A DNA stretch of 32,000 nt from a cyanobacterium endosymbiont of Braarudosphaera bigelowii (GCF_020885515.1 NZ_AP024987.1:60001-92000); one strand, 5' to 3'. Shown: positions 1 to 10,985, numbered from the stretch's first letter. Program-made: numbers and translations. Notes: generated by a model from the sequence alone, not told the origin.

Positions 1-1
1 A

Positions 2-820
2 TTTAACTACTCTATAGTTTCTAATTACCCAGCACCCTTAAGATTGGGAGTTTTTATTGTCTTACTGTTGTTTCTTTGGTTACCTACTGCAATTCCATCA
101 TTTTTTTTATTTAAATATGATTTAAATTTAAGAACAATAATTACAATGGGTCTATTGTATATAAACTTTATTATTCTCCTTTTTTTTTGGAATAGTAAGG
201 TTCATAAAGTAAATAATTGGTGGAAACTATATGGATTAATCTTTACAAAAAAAAATGTAGTAGAGCTATTTAACGGGTTAACTGTTGGTATCTTTTTTAC
301 TTTTGGATTATTTATTGTAGAAATGATTTTAGGATGGGTCGTCTTTATTAGACCATCACAGAATTTATTTTTACTGGTATTAGAAGGTTTACTAAGTGCT
401 TTTGGAATTGCCTTTGCAGAAGAATTGTTTTTCAGAGGATGGTTATTAGAAGAATTAAGGATCAATTATTCTTACCGAGCTATCCTGATATCTAATAGTC
501 TTATTTTTGCAACTTTACACTTTTTAAAGCCTTTGCAGGAAATTATTAGAACTTTTCCTCAGTTTCCTGCCTTATTTTTGTTAGGTATTATTTTAGTAGA
601 AGCTAAAACAATACATAACAACAGATTAGGAATTTGCATTGGAATCCATGGAGGTTTGGTTTGGGGATATTACATATTGAATGTGGGAAAAATCATAAAA
701 TATACTGATAAAGCTTCTTCAATCTTCACGGGAATCGATAATAATCCGATTGCAGGAATTATGGGAATAATAGGATTGTTAGCGTTATTTTTTTTGATGA
801 AATATAAGAAACAATATTAG
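2..820 (+). CDS. CPBP family intramembrane metalloprotease (5' truncated by window edge)
   Basis: Multi-TM protein with the CPBP/Abi motifs EELFFRGW and FATLHF. The tracked start at 44 is a TTG, but the frame is open back to base 2 (FNYSIVSNYPAPLRLGVFI...), so the true start probably lies outside the window. Confidence 0.85.
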   Translation, partial: FNYSIVSNYPAPLRLGVFIVLLLFLWLPTAIPSFFLFKYDLNLRTIITMGLLYINFIILLFFWNSKVHKVNNWWKLYGLIFTKKNVVELFNGLTVGIFFTFGLFIVEMILGWVVFIRPSQNLFLLVLEGLLSAFGIAFAEELFFRGWLLEELRINYSYRAILISNSLIFATLHFLKPLQEIIRTFPQFPALFLLGIILVEAKTIHNNRLGICIGIHGGLVWGYYILNVGKIIKYTDKASSIFTGIDNNPIAGIMGIIGLLALFFLMKYKKQY

Positions 821-997
821 AATTTTGTAGATTATGTACTAGGTATTCTCAGTCGATTTATTTTTTTAATATGTTTAAAGATAAATTAAAAAAATACAGA
901 TTTTAGAACTTTTCATTTTTTAATTTTTATTAATGTAATAAGATTAGAATAAACATTATCAACTTAATTTTGCAAGCTTATAATCAGTTAATAGAAT

Positions 998-3316
998 ATG
1001 ACCTCTCTTCTTCAAGAATCAAAAGAAAACATATCTTCATCTCTCTTAAAAACAATAACTCTTGATGTAGCAGGTATGAAATGTGCTAGCTGTGTTAAAG
1101 CTGTAGAAAAAAAACTCTTAGAACAGCCTGGAGTAATTTCTGCTCAAGTTAACTTAATTACTGAAGTTGCTGTTGTTGAATATAATACTGAAGCTGTACA
1201 ATCATCATCTTTAACTGAGAAATTGACAATAATAGGTTTTCCATCTAGTGTTCGTACTTCACAAAATCTTACCATTCAACAAAGAAAACTTAAAAGTAAT
1301 CAGCACCAGCAAAAAGAAGAAACACAACAAAAAATTAATCTTTCTATTGCTACTATTTTGATTTTCATCTCTAGCCTAGGTCATCTAACATATATAGGTG
1401 GACCAGATTTTTTTATATTAAATGACTTAAGATTTCATTGGGTTTTAGCTACTATAGCAATTGTCATTCCAGGATTTGATATTTTTCTTGATGGCTGGCG
1501 TGGATTAGTTAACGGAATAGCCAATATGAATACTTTGGTTGGATTGGGAACTTTTAGTGCATACTCAATTAGTTGTGTTGCATTAATATTTCCTGATCTA
1601 GGTTGGGAATGTTTCTTTGATGAGCCAGTGATGTTATTAGGATTTATTTTACTAGGTCGTATTTTAGAAAAGCGGGCCAAAAACCGTGCTTCGTCAGCCA
1701 TAGAGTCCTTAATTGAATTACAACCCGCATTAGCCCGTCTAAGTAGTGATCCGTTTTCAGAAAATCAGTCTAGTATAGAAATTCCTGTTGAGCAAGTTCG
1801 TTTGGGAGAATATATAAAAATATTACCCGGTGATAAGATTCCTGTAGATGGAAGGATTATTACTGGAGAAACTACTATTGATGAATCACTAGTCACTGGA
1901 GAATCGATGCCTGTAGTAAAAAAAACAGGCGAAGAAGTATTCGTAGGTACATTAAATCATTCGGGTTTAATCATTATTGAAACAACTCGCATTGGTAAAA
2001 ACACAACTTTAGCTCAAATAATTTCTTCAGTCGAAAACGCCCAAATATCAAAAGCCCCTATTCAAAAACTAACTGATACTATAGCCGGATATTTTGCATA
2101 TGGAATAATGTTTCTTTCAGTTTCAATATTTATATTCTGGTTAAATATAGGAACAGCTTGGTACCCTCAAGTGTTGAATACGAGTCATCATAGTACTCCA
2201 TTTTTATTAAGTTTAAAACTAGCAATTTCGGTCTTAGTTGTTGCATGTCCTTGTGCCTTAGGATTGGCAACACCTATGGCTATATTAGTAGGAACAGGCA
2301 TAGGAGCTAAAAAAGGAATATTGATTAAAAGTGGAGATATTCTAGAAAAAGTTCCTCAACTACATGGAATAGTATTTGATAAAACTGGTACTCTTACTAC
2401 TGGTCATCCTGTTGTGACTAATTATAAATCTTTTGGTCTTCTTAGTCCTCAGTATTTATTGCAATTAGCTGCTACGGTAGAAAGTGGAACTAATCATCCA
2501 CTAGGTCTAGCAATTATAGGAGAAGCTGATAAGCAGAATTTGCCCCTATTAAAAGCAGAAGATTTCTATACAAAAATTGGATCAGGAGTTACTGCTAAAA
2601 TTCAGGGGAAAGATGTTTGGTTAGGTAATAAAAGCTGGTTAGTAGATAATGAATTTAACTTTGATTCAAGCTCTTACCATGCAGAATCATTAGCTGAAAA
2701 AGCGGAAACTATTATTTATGTAGGTATAAATAAATCTATAGAAGGTTTTTTAACTTTAAAAGATACATTACGATTAGATGCAAAAGAAACTATTTTAGAA
2801 CTAAAAAAGCAAGGACTAGAGGTCATTTTATTAACTGGAGACAATCCAAAAGTTGCTGCAGCAATTGCAACTGAATTAGGAATTAGTAAGTTTTTTGCTC
2901 AGATTACTCCCAATAATAAAGCTACTATAATTAAGGATCTACAAAAGAAAGGAAGAATAGCAATGGTAGGAGATGGTATTAATGATGCACCAGCTCTAGC
3001 TCAGGCAGATATAGGAATTTCTTTGCAAGGATCTACTCAAATAGCTCTTGAGAGTTCTGATATTGTCTTGATGAGTGGACGTATTTGGGATATTACGACA
3101 GCTATAAATCTTAGCTTAGCAACATTTACAAAAATTCGTCAAAATCTTTTATGGGCTTTTGGATATAACACTCTATCTATTCCTCTTGCAGGGGGAATCT
3201 TATTACCTAGCTTAGGCTTTACTATTAACCCTGTAATTGCTGCAGCTTTAATGGCTTCCAGTTCTATAATAGTAGTAATAAATTCTTTATCTCTTCGTTA
3301 TCAGTTTCGTGAATAG
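998..3316 (+). CDS. ctaA: Heavy-metal (copper) translocating P1B-type ATPase, CtaA-like
   Basis: N-terminal GMKCASC metal-binding domain, TGES, CPC in ACPCALGLATP, DKTGTLT, NHPLG (HP locus), GDGINDAPALAQADIG. The N-terminal region resembles cyanobacterial CtaA more than PacS (from memory, not aligned). Confidence 0.9.
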   Translation: MTSLLQESKENISSSLLKTITLDVAGMKCASCVKAVEKKLLEQPGVISAQVNLITEVAVVEYNTEAVQSSSLTEKLTIIGFPSSVRTSQNLTIQQRKLKSNQHQQKEETQQKINLSIATILIFISSLGHLTYIGGPDFFILNDLRFHWVLATIAIVIPGFDIFLDGWRGLVNGIANMNTLVGLGTFSAYSISCVALIFPDLGWECFFDEPVMLLGFILLGRILEKRAKNRASSAIESLIELQPALARLSSDPFSENQSSIEIPVEQVRLGEYIKILPGDKIPVDGRIITGETTIDESLVTGESMPVVKKTGEEVFVGTLNHSGLIIIETTRIGKNTTLAQIISSVENAQISKAPIQKLTDTIAGYFAYGIMFLSVSIFIFWLNIGTAWYPQVLNTSHHSTPFLLSLKLAISVLVVACPCALGLATPMAILVGTGIGAKKGILIKSGDILEKVPQLHGIVFDKTGTLTTGHPVVTNYKSFGLLSPQYLLQLAATVESGTNHPLGLAIIGEADKQNLPLLKAEDFYTKIGSGVTAKIQGKDVWLGNKSWLVDNEFNFDSSSYHAESLAEKAETIIYVGINKSIEGFLTLKDTLRLDAKETILELKKQGLEVILLTGDNPKVAAAIATELGISKFFAQITPNNKATIIKDLQKKGRIAMVGDGINDAPALAQADIGISLQGSTQIALESSDIVLMSGRIWDITTAINLSLATFTKIRQNLLWAFGYNTLSIPLAGGILLPSLGFTINPVIAAALMASSSIIVVINSLSLRYQFRE

Positions 3317-3525
3317 ATTAAATACTTTCGTTCATTATATTTATATGAATGATTACCCTCAAAATGTATTGCAAGCAAGACAAACCTAACTAATATATTT
3401 TGACTGTTATTTTAATATTAATAATCAACTAAAAAAAATATTATTTTACATTACTAATCTTGCTAAATTAAACATCTTGATTTGTTTATTTTCAAACAAG
3501 TATCAATTCAATAAATCTAAACTAA

Positions 3526-3861
3526 TTAGGTAGCTAAATGAAACTTTTGGTTCTTATTAAGAATAGTTTGTATTTGTTGAAATCTTTGGTAACAATGATT
3601 GTTGGGATTTAACGGTAGCTCGTCATTTTTTACAATAAAGTTTATAGGTATGTAATTTTTTTTTGACGCAGTACTTTCAATAAAAATTTCGATGCTCACT
3701 AACTTTGAAAAAAAGACTTGATCTATGTTTTCTTTCGCTAATAAATAATCATTAGCTTCATAGATAATATAAAAATTACAAGACCTTAATATTTGATCTA
3801 ATAATGTTGAGACTTCCTTTAAAGTAGTTGAAACAAAAAAAGTACATGTATAACGAGCCAT
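3526..3861 (-). CDS. Conserved cyanobacterial hypothetical protein (111 aa)
   Basis: Intact ORF starting MARYTCTFFVSTTLKEV. The pattern MARYTC...ELPLxxxNHC resembles a small conserved cyanobacterial family of unknown function. Confidence 0.65.
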   Translation of the reverse strand: MARYTCTFFVSTTLKEVSTLLDQILRSCNFYIIYEANDYLLAKENIDQVFFSKLVSIEIFIESTASKKNYIPINFIVKNDELPLNPNNHCYQRFQQIQTILNKNQKFHLAT

Positions 3862-3910
3862 AAAATCATTCCTAATCTTTCTACTATTCAGATACGAGTA
3901 TTTTATTCCT

Positions 3911-4864
3911 ATGGATCATTTTCAACAGCTAATAGGCCAACCACAGAGCGTCACTTTATTGAAACAAATAATTATCAAAAACCATATTGCTCCTGCTTAC
4001 CTTTTTTCGGGTCCAATAGGTGTAGGACGCAAACTAGCTGCAGAATGTTTCTGTAAATCATTATTCTCACATTCAAAGGTATTACAAGAAAGCCAGTTAA
4101 CTTTTGAACAGAGAATTGTTAATGGTAATCACCCAGATCTATATTGGATAGAACCAACTTACCAACATCAAAAGAAATTATTTACTGTAAAGCAAGCTCG
4201 AGAATATGGTTTAAAAAGAAATTCACCTCCTCAGATACGTGTAGATCAAATTCGGAATATTGCTAATTTTTTAAGTCACTTACCTTTAGAAAGCATTCGC
4301 TCTATTGTAATAATAGAAGAAGCAGAGCTAATGACTGAAGCTGCATCTAATGGATTGCTAAAAACTTTAGAGGAAGCTAAATTGGCAACATTAATTTTGA
4401 TCTCTTCTAATCCAAGTTTATTACTACCAACCCTAGTATCTCGCTGCCAAATAATTCCTTTTTATAATCTATCAGAACATAGTCTAAAAGAAGTTCTAAG
4501 TAAGTTGAACTACGAAAATATAATAAATGAAGAAGAGATAATAAAGCTTAGTCAAGGAAGCCCCGGCAAGGCAATCAGTTATTGGGATAAATTACAACTT
4601 ATTCCTTCTGAACTTAAAAACACTTTAAAACAGATACCTCTAGGCGACTTAAATTCTTTAGAGTTATCAAATAAAATAAATATGGAATTAGATAATTCAA
4701 CTCAATTATTTCTAATTGATTATCTTCAATATTTTTATTGGGAAAAATTTAGGAATAGAAACTTACTAGAGTTATTAGAGCTGGCAAAATATCAGCTTCT
4801 TAATTATTTAAACTCAAGATTAGTTTGGGATCTTTTATTAATGAAAATAAGTAATGTTTTATAA
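3911..4864 (+). CDS. holB: DNA polymerase III subunit delta'
   Basis: FSGPIGVGRKLAAECFCKSL (modified P-loop), HPDLYWIEPTY, KTLEEAK and LPTLVSRCQIIPF typical of clamp-loader subunits. Confidence 0.85.
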   Translation: MDHFQQLIGQPQSVTLLKQIIIKNHIAPAYLFSGPIGVGRKLAAECFCKSLFSHSKVLQESQLTFEQRIVNGNHPDLYWIEPTYQHQKKLFTVKQAREYGLKRNSPPQIRVDQIRNIANFLSHLPLESIRSIVIIEEAELMTEAASNGLLKTLEEAKLATLILISSNPSLLLPTLVSRCQIIPFYNLSEHSLKEVLSKLNYENIINEEEIIKLSQGSPGKAISYWDKLQLIPSELKNTLKQIPLGDLNSLELSNKINMELDNSTQLFLIDYLQYFYWEKFRNRNLLELLELAKYQLLNYLNSRLVWDLLLMKISNVL

Positions 4865-4867
4865 TTT

Positions 4868-7180
4868 TTAAGTATTAAAACTTACATTCTCAGAGGTTAA
4901 AGTCTTTATTCTTTTGAGTAAAAAATTAGGCTGTATCGGTTTTATTAAGTAATCATCAATTCCTGTTTTAGCAATTTCTAGCCACTCTTTAGATGTAATT
5001 GTATCCTTTAGAAAGAGTACCTTTATAGATCTAGTCTCTGAAGATTTCTTCAAAAGCTTACTTATTTTCAAAGCTTTGGAAAGGTCCTGATCTAAAATAA
5101 TTGCTATGGGTTGTATCAACTCTATTTTCCTTATTAATTTAATATCATTCATTAACCAAATAAAATAATAATTAGCTGATGTCAATAATTCTTCAAGCAG
5201 AGTTGCAGTTTTCTTATTACTCTCTATCAGAATAATTATTCTAGTAGAAAATAGTGATTCTTTCTGGTTTAATAATTTACTATTTAACTTATCTTTAAGC
5301 TGAGATTGATTAGGGATTCTAATTGTAAAAATGGATCCTTTATTAACTAAAGACTCCACCTGAATAGTTCCACCATGTAATTCTACTAATTGTTTGGTTA
5401 ACGCTAAGCCTAGTCCCGTGCCCCCATAAACACGTTTTCTATGGTTTTCTAGTTTCTGAAATAATTTAAATAATAAAGGAATCTGATCTGTTTTAATACC
5501 TATTCCTGTGTCCTCTACTTGCCAAATAACTTCTTCTCCGTCTCTCCAAACTCTTAGTATTACAGTTCCATTTTCTGGAGTAAACTTTAAGGCATTATTT
5601 AATAGATAATAAAGAATATGCTTCATCCTTATAGGATCGGCTAAAAATGTATCTTCTATAGAGTTAATCTTTAAATCTAATTTTAAATTAATATGTCGGT
5701 GAACTTCTTCTTTATAAACTTTCTGTAAAATGTTTTTAGCAATATCACTTAGAGAAAATTCTTGAATATTCAGTAAGCATTTTCCTGTTTGTAGATTTGA
5801 ATATTCTAAAATCTCATTAATTATTTGAAGTAAATTTTCGCCACTATTTTGAATAGTTTCTAAATAATGCTTTCTCTTTTCTAAAGATAGTGTAGAGTTT
5901 TCTTTTGACCAGTACAATAAAGTGCCTGATAAACCAATAATGCAAGTTAATGGAGTACGTAGCTCATGGCTCATATTACCCAAAAACTCACTTTTAGAAT
6001 GGTTAGCAGCTTGAGAAGCAACTAAAGTATCACAAAGTTCCTGTGTTCTTTTAACGACTTTCTGTTTTAATATATGTCTTTCTGCTTGAACTCGAGCATA
6101 CAGTTGTGCTTGGTTAATAGCAACGCCTAGATGCTCTGCAATTTTTTCTAAAGTAACTTTTTCATTTTTCGACCATTTTCGCTTTTGCAGACATTGATGG
6201 GCAACTAAAAGTCCCCATAAATCGCCATTTACAATAATAGGAGTTCCTATCTCAGAAAGTATAGAATATTTACTTGGTAAATTTTGAAAGCATGAGTGTA
6301 AGAAAGAATATTCATTTATACTATCTATATTGTTATGAGAAACAATTGATTCTTCAGAGTATCTTAGCACTTTTATTAAAACCTTGCTTTCTATCAAGAT
6401 ATTTAATAAAGAAGGAATATTTTTAGTGCTGAGTGATTGGTACGTAATATATCCATCACCTTTGATTAAATTATACTTCTTAGAAGTAATTAATTGTTTT
6501 CTATTAAATTCATAAATTATTAAGCGATCAACCTTTAAAAGTTGTCCCAATTCCTTAACAGCAGTTTCTAAAATAGTTGGTAAATCTAGAGTTTGACGAA
6601 TTTTACCAATAACTTGAGTTAAAAGCTTCTCTTGCCTTAATTGACTTTTAATATCTTTTTTAAGAGGAGAAGTAGCTGGCAACTCTTGACAAATGGCATA
6701 AAAATTATCAGTACTTTTAGATCCTAGTATATCCTCTAGATTACTGTTCAAATATGATTGTAAATCTGTTATCTGGATATTATCAATATTTAAATAAGGG
6801 ATAAATTGTTTCTTCCATACTGAAGTATTGTCTAAATGTATATATAGTTTGTGAACAAAATTAGTAATACAATTTGCTTCTGAAGTTATTGTGACTTGAT
6901 AAGATAAAGAAGAAGTATTTAGTACACCTTGGAGTAGTATACTAAACCCAGGTGACAAAAAAAGATAAAAGGTTTTTAAATCTAGTACTGTAGATAAGTT
7001 TTCTATTTCTAAGGCAATCATAGAATTTGTTAATAAGATCCCTGTAGAACCTTGAATTGTGAAAAGCTTTTCCCAAAGAGAACAAAGCTTTTCAAATTTA
7101 CATATAGATATAACTCGTTTTAAAATGGGTTCTTGACCAAAATTCATCAGCTTAGACAAGGCTAAAGGAAAAGAATACAA
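4868..7180 (-). CDS. cikA: GAF-domain sensor histidine kinase with C-terminal receiver-like domain, CikA-like
   Basis: Unique N-terminus, GAF segment ([12 protein letters not shown]...[14 protein letters not shown]), HisKA ([21 protein letters not shown]), HATPase_c ([36 protein letters not shown]), then a receiver-like domain (IIILIESNK...[10 protein letters not shown]...YLIKPI). Size (770 aa) and domain order fit CikA. The gene-level assignment is moderate. Confidence 0.65.
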   Translation of the reverse strand: MYSFPLALSKLMNFGQEPILKRVISICKFEKLCSLWEKLFTIQGSTGILLTNSMIALEIENLSTVLDLKTFYLFLSPGFSILLQGVLNTSSLSYQVTITSEANCITNFVHKLYIHLDNTSVWKKQFIPYLNIDNIQITDLQSYLNSNLEDILGSKSTDNFYAICQELPATSPLKKDIKSQLRQEKLLTQVIGKIRQTLDLPTILETAVKELGQLLKVDRLIIYEFNRKQLITSKKYNLIKGDGYITYQSLSTKNIPSLLNILIESKVLIKVLRYSEESIVSHNNIDSINEYSFLHSCFQNLPSKYSILSEIGTPIIVNGDLWGLLVAHQCLQKRKWSKNEKVTLEKIAEHLGVAINQAQLYARVQAERHILKQKVVKRTQELCDTLVASQAANHSKSEFLGNMSHELRTPLTCIIGLSGTLLYWSKENSTLSLEKRKHYLETIQNSGENLLQIINEILEYSNLQTGKCLLNIQEFSLSDIAKNILQKVYKEEVHRHINLKLDLKINSIEDTFLADPIRMKHILYYLLNNALKFTPENGTVILRVWRDGEEVIWQVEDTGIGIKTDQIPLLFKLFQKLENHRKRVYGGTGLGLALTKQLVELHGGTIQVESLVNKGSIFTIRIPNQSQLKDKLNSKLLNQKESLFSTRIIILIESNKKTATLLEELLTSANYYFIWLMNDIKLIRKIELIQPIAIILDQDLSKALKISKLLKKSSETRSIKVLFLKDTITSKEWLEIAKTGIDDYLIKPIQPNFLLKRIKTLTSENVSFNT

Positions 7181-7235
7181 TTTTTCTGTTTCTCTATCCT
7201 GAAACTTAATGTTGTTTAAATATTGAGAGAATACT

Positions 7236-10200
7236 ATGCATCGAATAGCTTCAAGTTCTGGAAATTGGAATATGCAACGAGATGGAGTGATTTTTGTAGA
7301 ACAAAGTCAAGCTCCAATTATATTCTTAACAGCAGCAGACACAGACATTCAAAGCTTAGCGAATTCTTTAAAAATTTTACCGAACAATTTTCAAAAAGTA
7401 CGTGCCTTAAATATTTTGTACTTACAACAACAGTTAAGTATTGATAATTATTCAGATAAGGTATTATCTAAATCTAAAGTTATTATTTTACGGCTATTAG
7501 GAGGGAGTTCGTATTGGAATTATGGATTAGAAGTTGTTAAATATATTGTTGAATTAAACAACATAAATCTTTTTGTTCTACCAGGAGATGATGTTTCTGA
7601 TCATATTTTAATGAGCCATTCAACAGTTCCTCTTTATCAGAGTAACAAGCTGTGGAAATACATAAGCGAAGGAGGACAAAAAAACTGGTCGAATGCATTA
7701 AAGTATATTTCTAATAACTATTTTCAAACTAAATATGATGTTGAAGAACCAGAAATAGTACCTAATTTTGGAATTTATCAAAACAACAGAATTAATAATA
7801 CTGCTGAAAAAAATGTTGTCATACTTTTTTATCGTTCGCATTATCTCTCTGGTAATTTATTACCAGTAGATTCCTTGTGTGAAAGTTTATTAAATAGAAA
7901 TTTATTTCCTTTACCCATATTTATTACTTCCTTAAGAGATATTAATATCCAAATTGAATTAATTAATTATCTTGACAGTGTAGAAAATAATTCTTGTCAG
8001 TTATTGCTTAATACTACTAGCTTTTCACTTGCCAAAATTGATGATGACTACAACTTTAATAGTAACTTGTGGCAAAAATTAGATTGTCCAGTCTTACAAG
8101 TAATCTTTAGTAGCTCAACGTTACAGCAATGGCATGAAAGTTTTCAAGGATTAAGTCCTCGAGATGTAGCTATGAATATTGCTTTACCAGAAATTGATGG
8201 AAAAATTATAACTCGTGCAGTTTCTTTTAAATCTATTAAAGTGTGGAATAAAGATTTAGAGACAAATGTTATTATTTATTCACCTGTTAAAGATAGAGTT
8301 GACTTTGTCGCCGATTTAGCAAAAAATTATATTAATCTTAAGAATAGTTCTATTTCTGAAAGAAAAATCGCTATAGTTTTGGCCAACTATCCTAATAGAA
8401 ATGGTAGACTTGCAAATGGTGTTGGGTTAGATACTCCGGCAAGTTGCATAGAAATTCTTAAAGCTCTAAAAAGAGAAGGTTATAGTGTTGCCAATATACC
8501 TGAATCAGGTGATGACTTAATAAAACTTTTAACAAAGGGAGTAACGAATGATCCTGAAAGTAAAGACTTACGTATAGTTTATCAATCAGTTTCTTATGTA
8601 GAATATGAACAATATTTTCAAAGTTTGCCTTCAAAGATTAAGAAGGAAGTTGACGAACGTTGGCAACATATATTTGATGATGTAAATCTTGCATTTCCGA
8701 TCTCTGGTATTCAACTGGATAATGTTTTCATAGGTATTCAACCGTCTAGAGGTTACGATTTAGATCCAAGCTTAAATTACCATGCTCCTGATTTAGAGCC
8801 AACACCTCATTACTTAGCATATTATTACTGGATAAAAAATAAATTTAAAGCTTCGGCAATTATTAACGTAGGTAAACATGGTAATTTGGAATGGTTACCA
8901 GGAAAAAGTCTTGCATTATCATCAACTTGCTATCCTGAAGTTGCATTAGGCAGTATTCCTAATTTTTATCCTTTTATTGTCAATGATCCAGGAGAAGGAG
9001 CACAAGCCAAACGCCGTTCACATGCAACTATCATAGATCATCTTACTCCTCCTTTAACTCGTGCAGAATTATATGGTGATTTGGAACAATTAGAAATTCT
9101 TATTGATGAATATTATGAGGCCCAAGCTCTAGATCCTAAGCGTCTAAAGATAATTACTAATAGTATTAAAGAACTAATTATTAAAACTAAAATTAATAAT
9201 GACTTGGGAATAGCAAAAATAGATTTTGATTCTTTATCTACATTTCTAAAATTAGCAGATGGATATTTATGTGAACTCAAAGAGGCACAAATTAGAGACG
9301 GATTGCATATACTAGGGCAATGTCCTAAAAATATTCAACTAAGAGATTTAATTTTAGCGATTTCCCGTTCTCCTGGTTCTAATCGACTTGGTTTAACAAC
9401 AGCACTAGCTAAAGATTTAAAATTAACTTTTAATCCTCTAACAGCAGATTTTAGTGATTCTTTTTCTGATTCTATTTTTCTTACTTTTACACCTCAAAAT
9501 CTTCTATTACAGCTTCAAAGATCTTCTTCTATTGGTGATGTTGTAGAAGTCTTAGAAAAATATTCACAAACTTTAATTGAAAACTTAATTAATAAAATTG
9601 AAACCCCAGAAATAATTCACTTTCAAAATACCTGTAAGGAAATTAATTGGATACAAAAATTTTTAATCCCCAAGTTATATGAAACTGATCAGGAAATTAG
9701 TAATTTACTCAAAGGATTAGATGGAAGATATGTTCCTAGTGGAGCATCAGGTACGCCGACTAGAGGAAGAGTGGAGGTTCTTCCTACAGGTAGAAATTTC
9801 TATTCAGTTGATATCCGTGCTATTCCTACACAAACAGCTTGGGCTATGGGGAAGAAGGCAGCTGAGGTTCTTGTCGAAAAATATACTCAAGATAATGGAG
9901 AGTATCCAAAAACTCTAGCAATCTCAATTTGGGGGACTTCAACTATGCGAACAGGTGGTGATGATATCGCCCAAGTCTTAGCTTTACTAGGAGTTAAACC
10001 TATTTGGGACAGATCCAGAGTAATAGATTATGAAATTATTCCTTTATCAGTATTAGGAAGACCTCGTATTGATGTGACAGTAAGAATATCAGGTTTCTTT
10101 AGAGATAGCTTTCCTAACTTATTGTTGTTATTGTCAAATGTAATTGAAGATTTGTCAAAATTAGAAAAAGAAAAAGATGCCAATCCTTTAGCTACTCAAG

Positions 10201-10985
10201 CTAAAAAGGAAAGACTATTTTGGCAAGAACAAGGTTTAACTGACCAACAAGCATATTTAAAATCTTGCCATAGGATATTTGGCTCAAAGCCTGGAGCATA
10301 TGGAGCTGGTTTACAGGGATTAATTGAAGCCCAAAATTGGGAAGATGATAAAGATTTGGCCAGAGCTTATATCAATTGGAGTTGTTATGCTTACGATAAA
10401 AATGGAAAAGCATACAAAGTTCCCGAAGTATTTGAACAAAGGCTAAAGCAGTTGCAAATTGTTTTACATAATCAAGATAATCGAGAACATGATTTATTAG
10501 ATTCTGACGATTATTATCAATTTCAAGGGGGATTAACTGTAGCTATTAGAAGTATAACTGGGAAGAATCCTCAAACTTATTTTGGAGACAATTCTATTGT
10601 TAATAATCCTAAAGTGAAATTATTAAAAGAAGAGATATCTAAAGTATATCGTTCTCGTGTTATTAATCCTAAATGGATCAAAGGTATTATGAGACATGGC
10701 TATAAAGGTGGATTTGAAATGGCTGCTACAGTTGATTATTTATTTGCTTATGATGCAACGGCTCACTGTGTAGAAGATTTTATGTATGAAGGAATAGCTC
10801 AAAAGTATATTTTTGATAAAAATGTAAAACAATTTATGGAGGAAAAAAATCCTTGGGCTTTGCGAGATATCGCGGAAAGGTTACTAGAAGCTAATCAAAG
10901 AGGCTTGTGGATAAATACTAACAAGGAAATTCTTGATAAACTAAGAGATGTTACCCATCAGGCAGAAAGAATAATAGAAGAATAA
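7236..10985 (+). CDS. cobN: Cobaltochelatase subunit CobN
   Basis: 1249 aa. N-terminus MHRIASSSGNWN...GVIFVEQSQAPIIFLTAADTDIQ and the CobN/magnesium-chelatase-H core (GKHGNLEWLPGKSLALS, PSGASGTPTRGRVEVLPTGRNFYSVDIRAIPTQTAW). The N-terminus and size fit CobN rather than ChlH. Confidence 0.9.
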   Translation: MHRIASSSGNWNMQRDGVIFVEQSQAPIIFLTAADTDIQSLANSLKILPNNFQKVRALNILYLQQQLSIDNYSDKVLSKSKVIILRLLGGSSYWNYGLEVVKYIVELNNINLFVLPGDDVSDHILMSHSTVPLYQSNKLWKYISEGGQKNWSNALKYISNNYFQTKYDVEEPEIVPNFGIYQNNRINNTAEKNVVILFYRSHYLSGNLLPVDSLCESLLNRNLFPLPIFITSLRDINIQIELINYLDSVENNSCQLLLNTTSFSLAKIDDDYNFNSNLWQKLDCPVLQVIFSSSTLQQWHESFQGLSPRDVAMNIALPEIDGKIITRAVSFKSIKVWNKDLETNVIIYSPVKDRVDFVADLAKNYINLKNSSISERKIAIVLANYPNRNGRLANGVGLDTPASCIEILKALKREGYSVANIPESGDDLIKLLTKGVTNDPESKDLRIVYQSVSYVEYEQYFQSLPSKIKKEVDERWQHIFDDVNLAFPISGIQLDNVFIGIQPSRGYDLDPSLNYHAPDLEPTPHYLAYYYWIKNKFKASAIINVGKHGNLEWLPGKSLALSSTCYPEVALGSIPNFYPFIVNDPGEGAQAKRRSHATIIDHLTPPLTRAELYGDLEQLEILIDEYYEAQALDPKRLKIITNSIKELIIKTKINNDLGIAKIDFDSLSTFLKLADGYLCELKEAQIRDGLHILGQCPKNIQLRDLILAISRSPGSNRLGLTTALAKDLKLTFNPLTADFSDSFSDSIFLTFTPQNLLLQLQRSSSIGDVVEVLEKYSQTLIENLINKIETPEIIHFQNTCKEINWIQKFLIPKLYETDQEISNLLKGLDGRYVPSGASGTPTRGRVEVLPTGRNFYSVDIRAIPTQTAWAMGKKAAEVLVEKYTQDNGEYPKTLAISIWGTSTMRTGGDDIAQVLALLGVKPIWDRSRVIDYEIIPLSVLGRPRIDVTVRISGFFRDSFPNLLLLLSNVIEDLSKLEKEKDANPLATQAKKERLFWQEQGLTDQQAYLKSCHRIFGSKPGAYGAGLQGLIEAQNWEDDKDLARAYINWSCYAYDKNGKAYKVPEVFEQRLKQLQIVLHNQDNREHDLLDSDDYYQFQGGLTVAIRSITGKNPQTYFGDNSIVNNPKVKLLKEEISKVYRSRVINPKWIKGIMRHGYKGGFEMAATVDYLFAYDATAHCVEDFMYEGIAQKYIFDKNVKQFMEEKNPWALRDIAERLLEANQRGLWINTNKEILDKLRDVTHQAERIIEE

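Noticed and set aside
202-465. 87-aa minus-strand ORF
   Set aside because: Antisense shadow of the CPBP protease gene with no recognisable motif.
1435-1701. 88-aa minus-strand ORF
   Set aside because: Antisense to the P-type ATPase; low-complexity translation.
7223-7444. 73-aa plus ORF MREYYASNSF...
   Set aside because: Overlaps the cobN 5' end in another frame. The cobN N-terminus is clearly recognisable.
9721-9918. 65-aa plus ORF inside cobN
   Set aside because: Alternative frame of the highly conserved GTPTRGRVEVLPTG region of cobN.
7236-10985. Magnesium chelatase subunit ChlH
   Set aside because: Same superfamily, but size and N-terminus (GVIFVEQSQAPIIFLTAADTDIQ) fit CobN.
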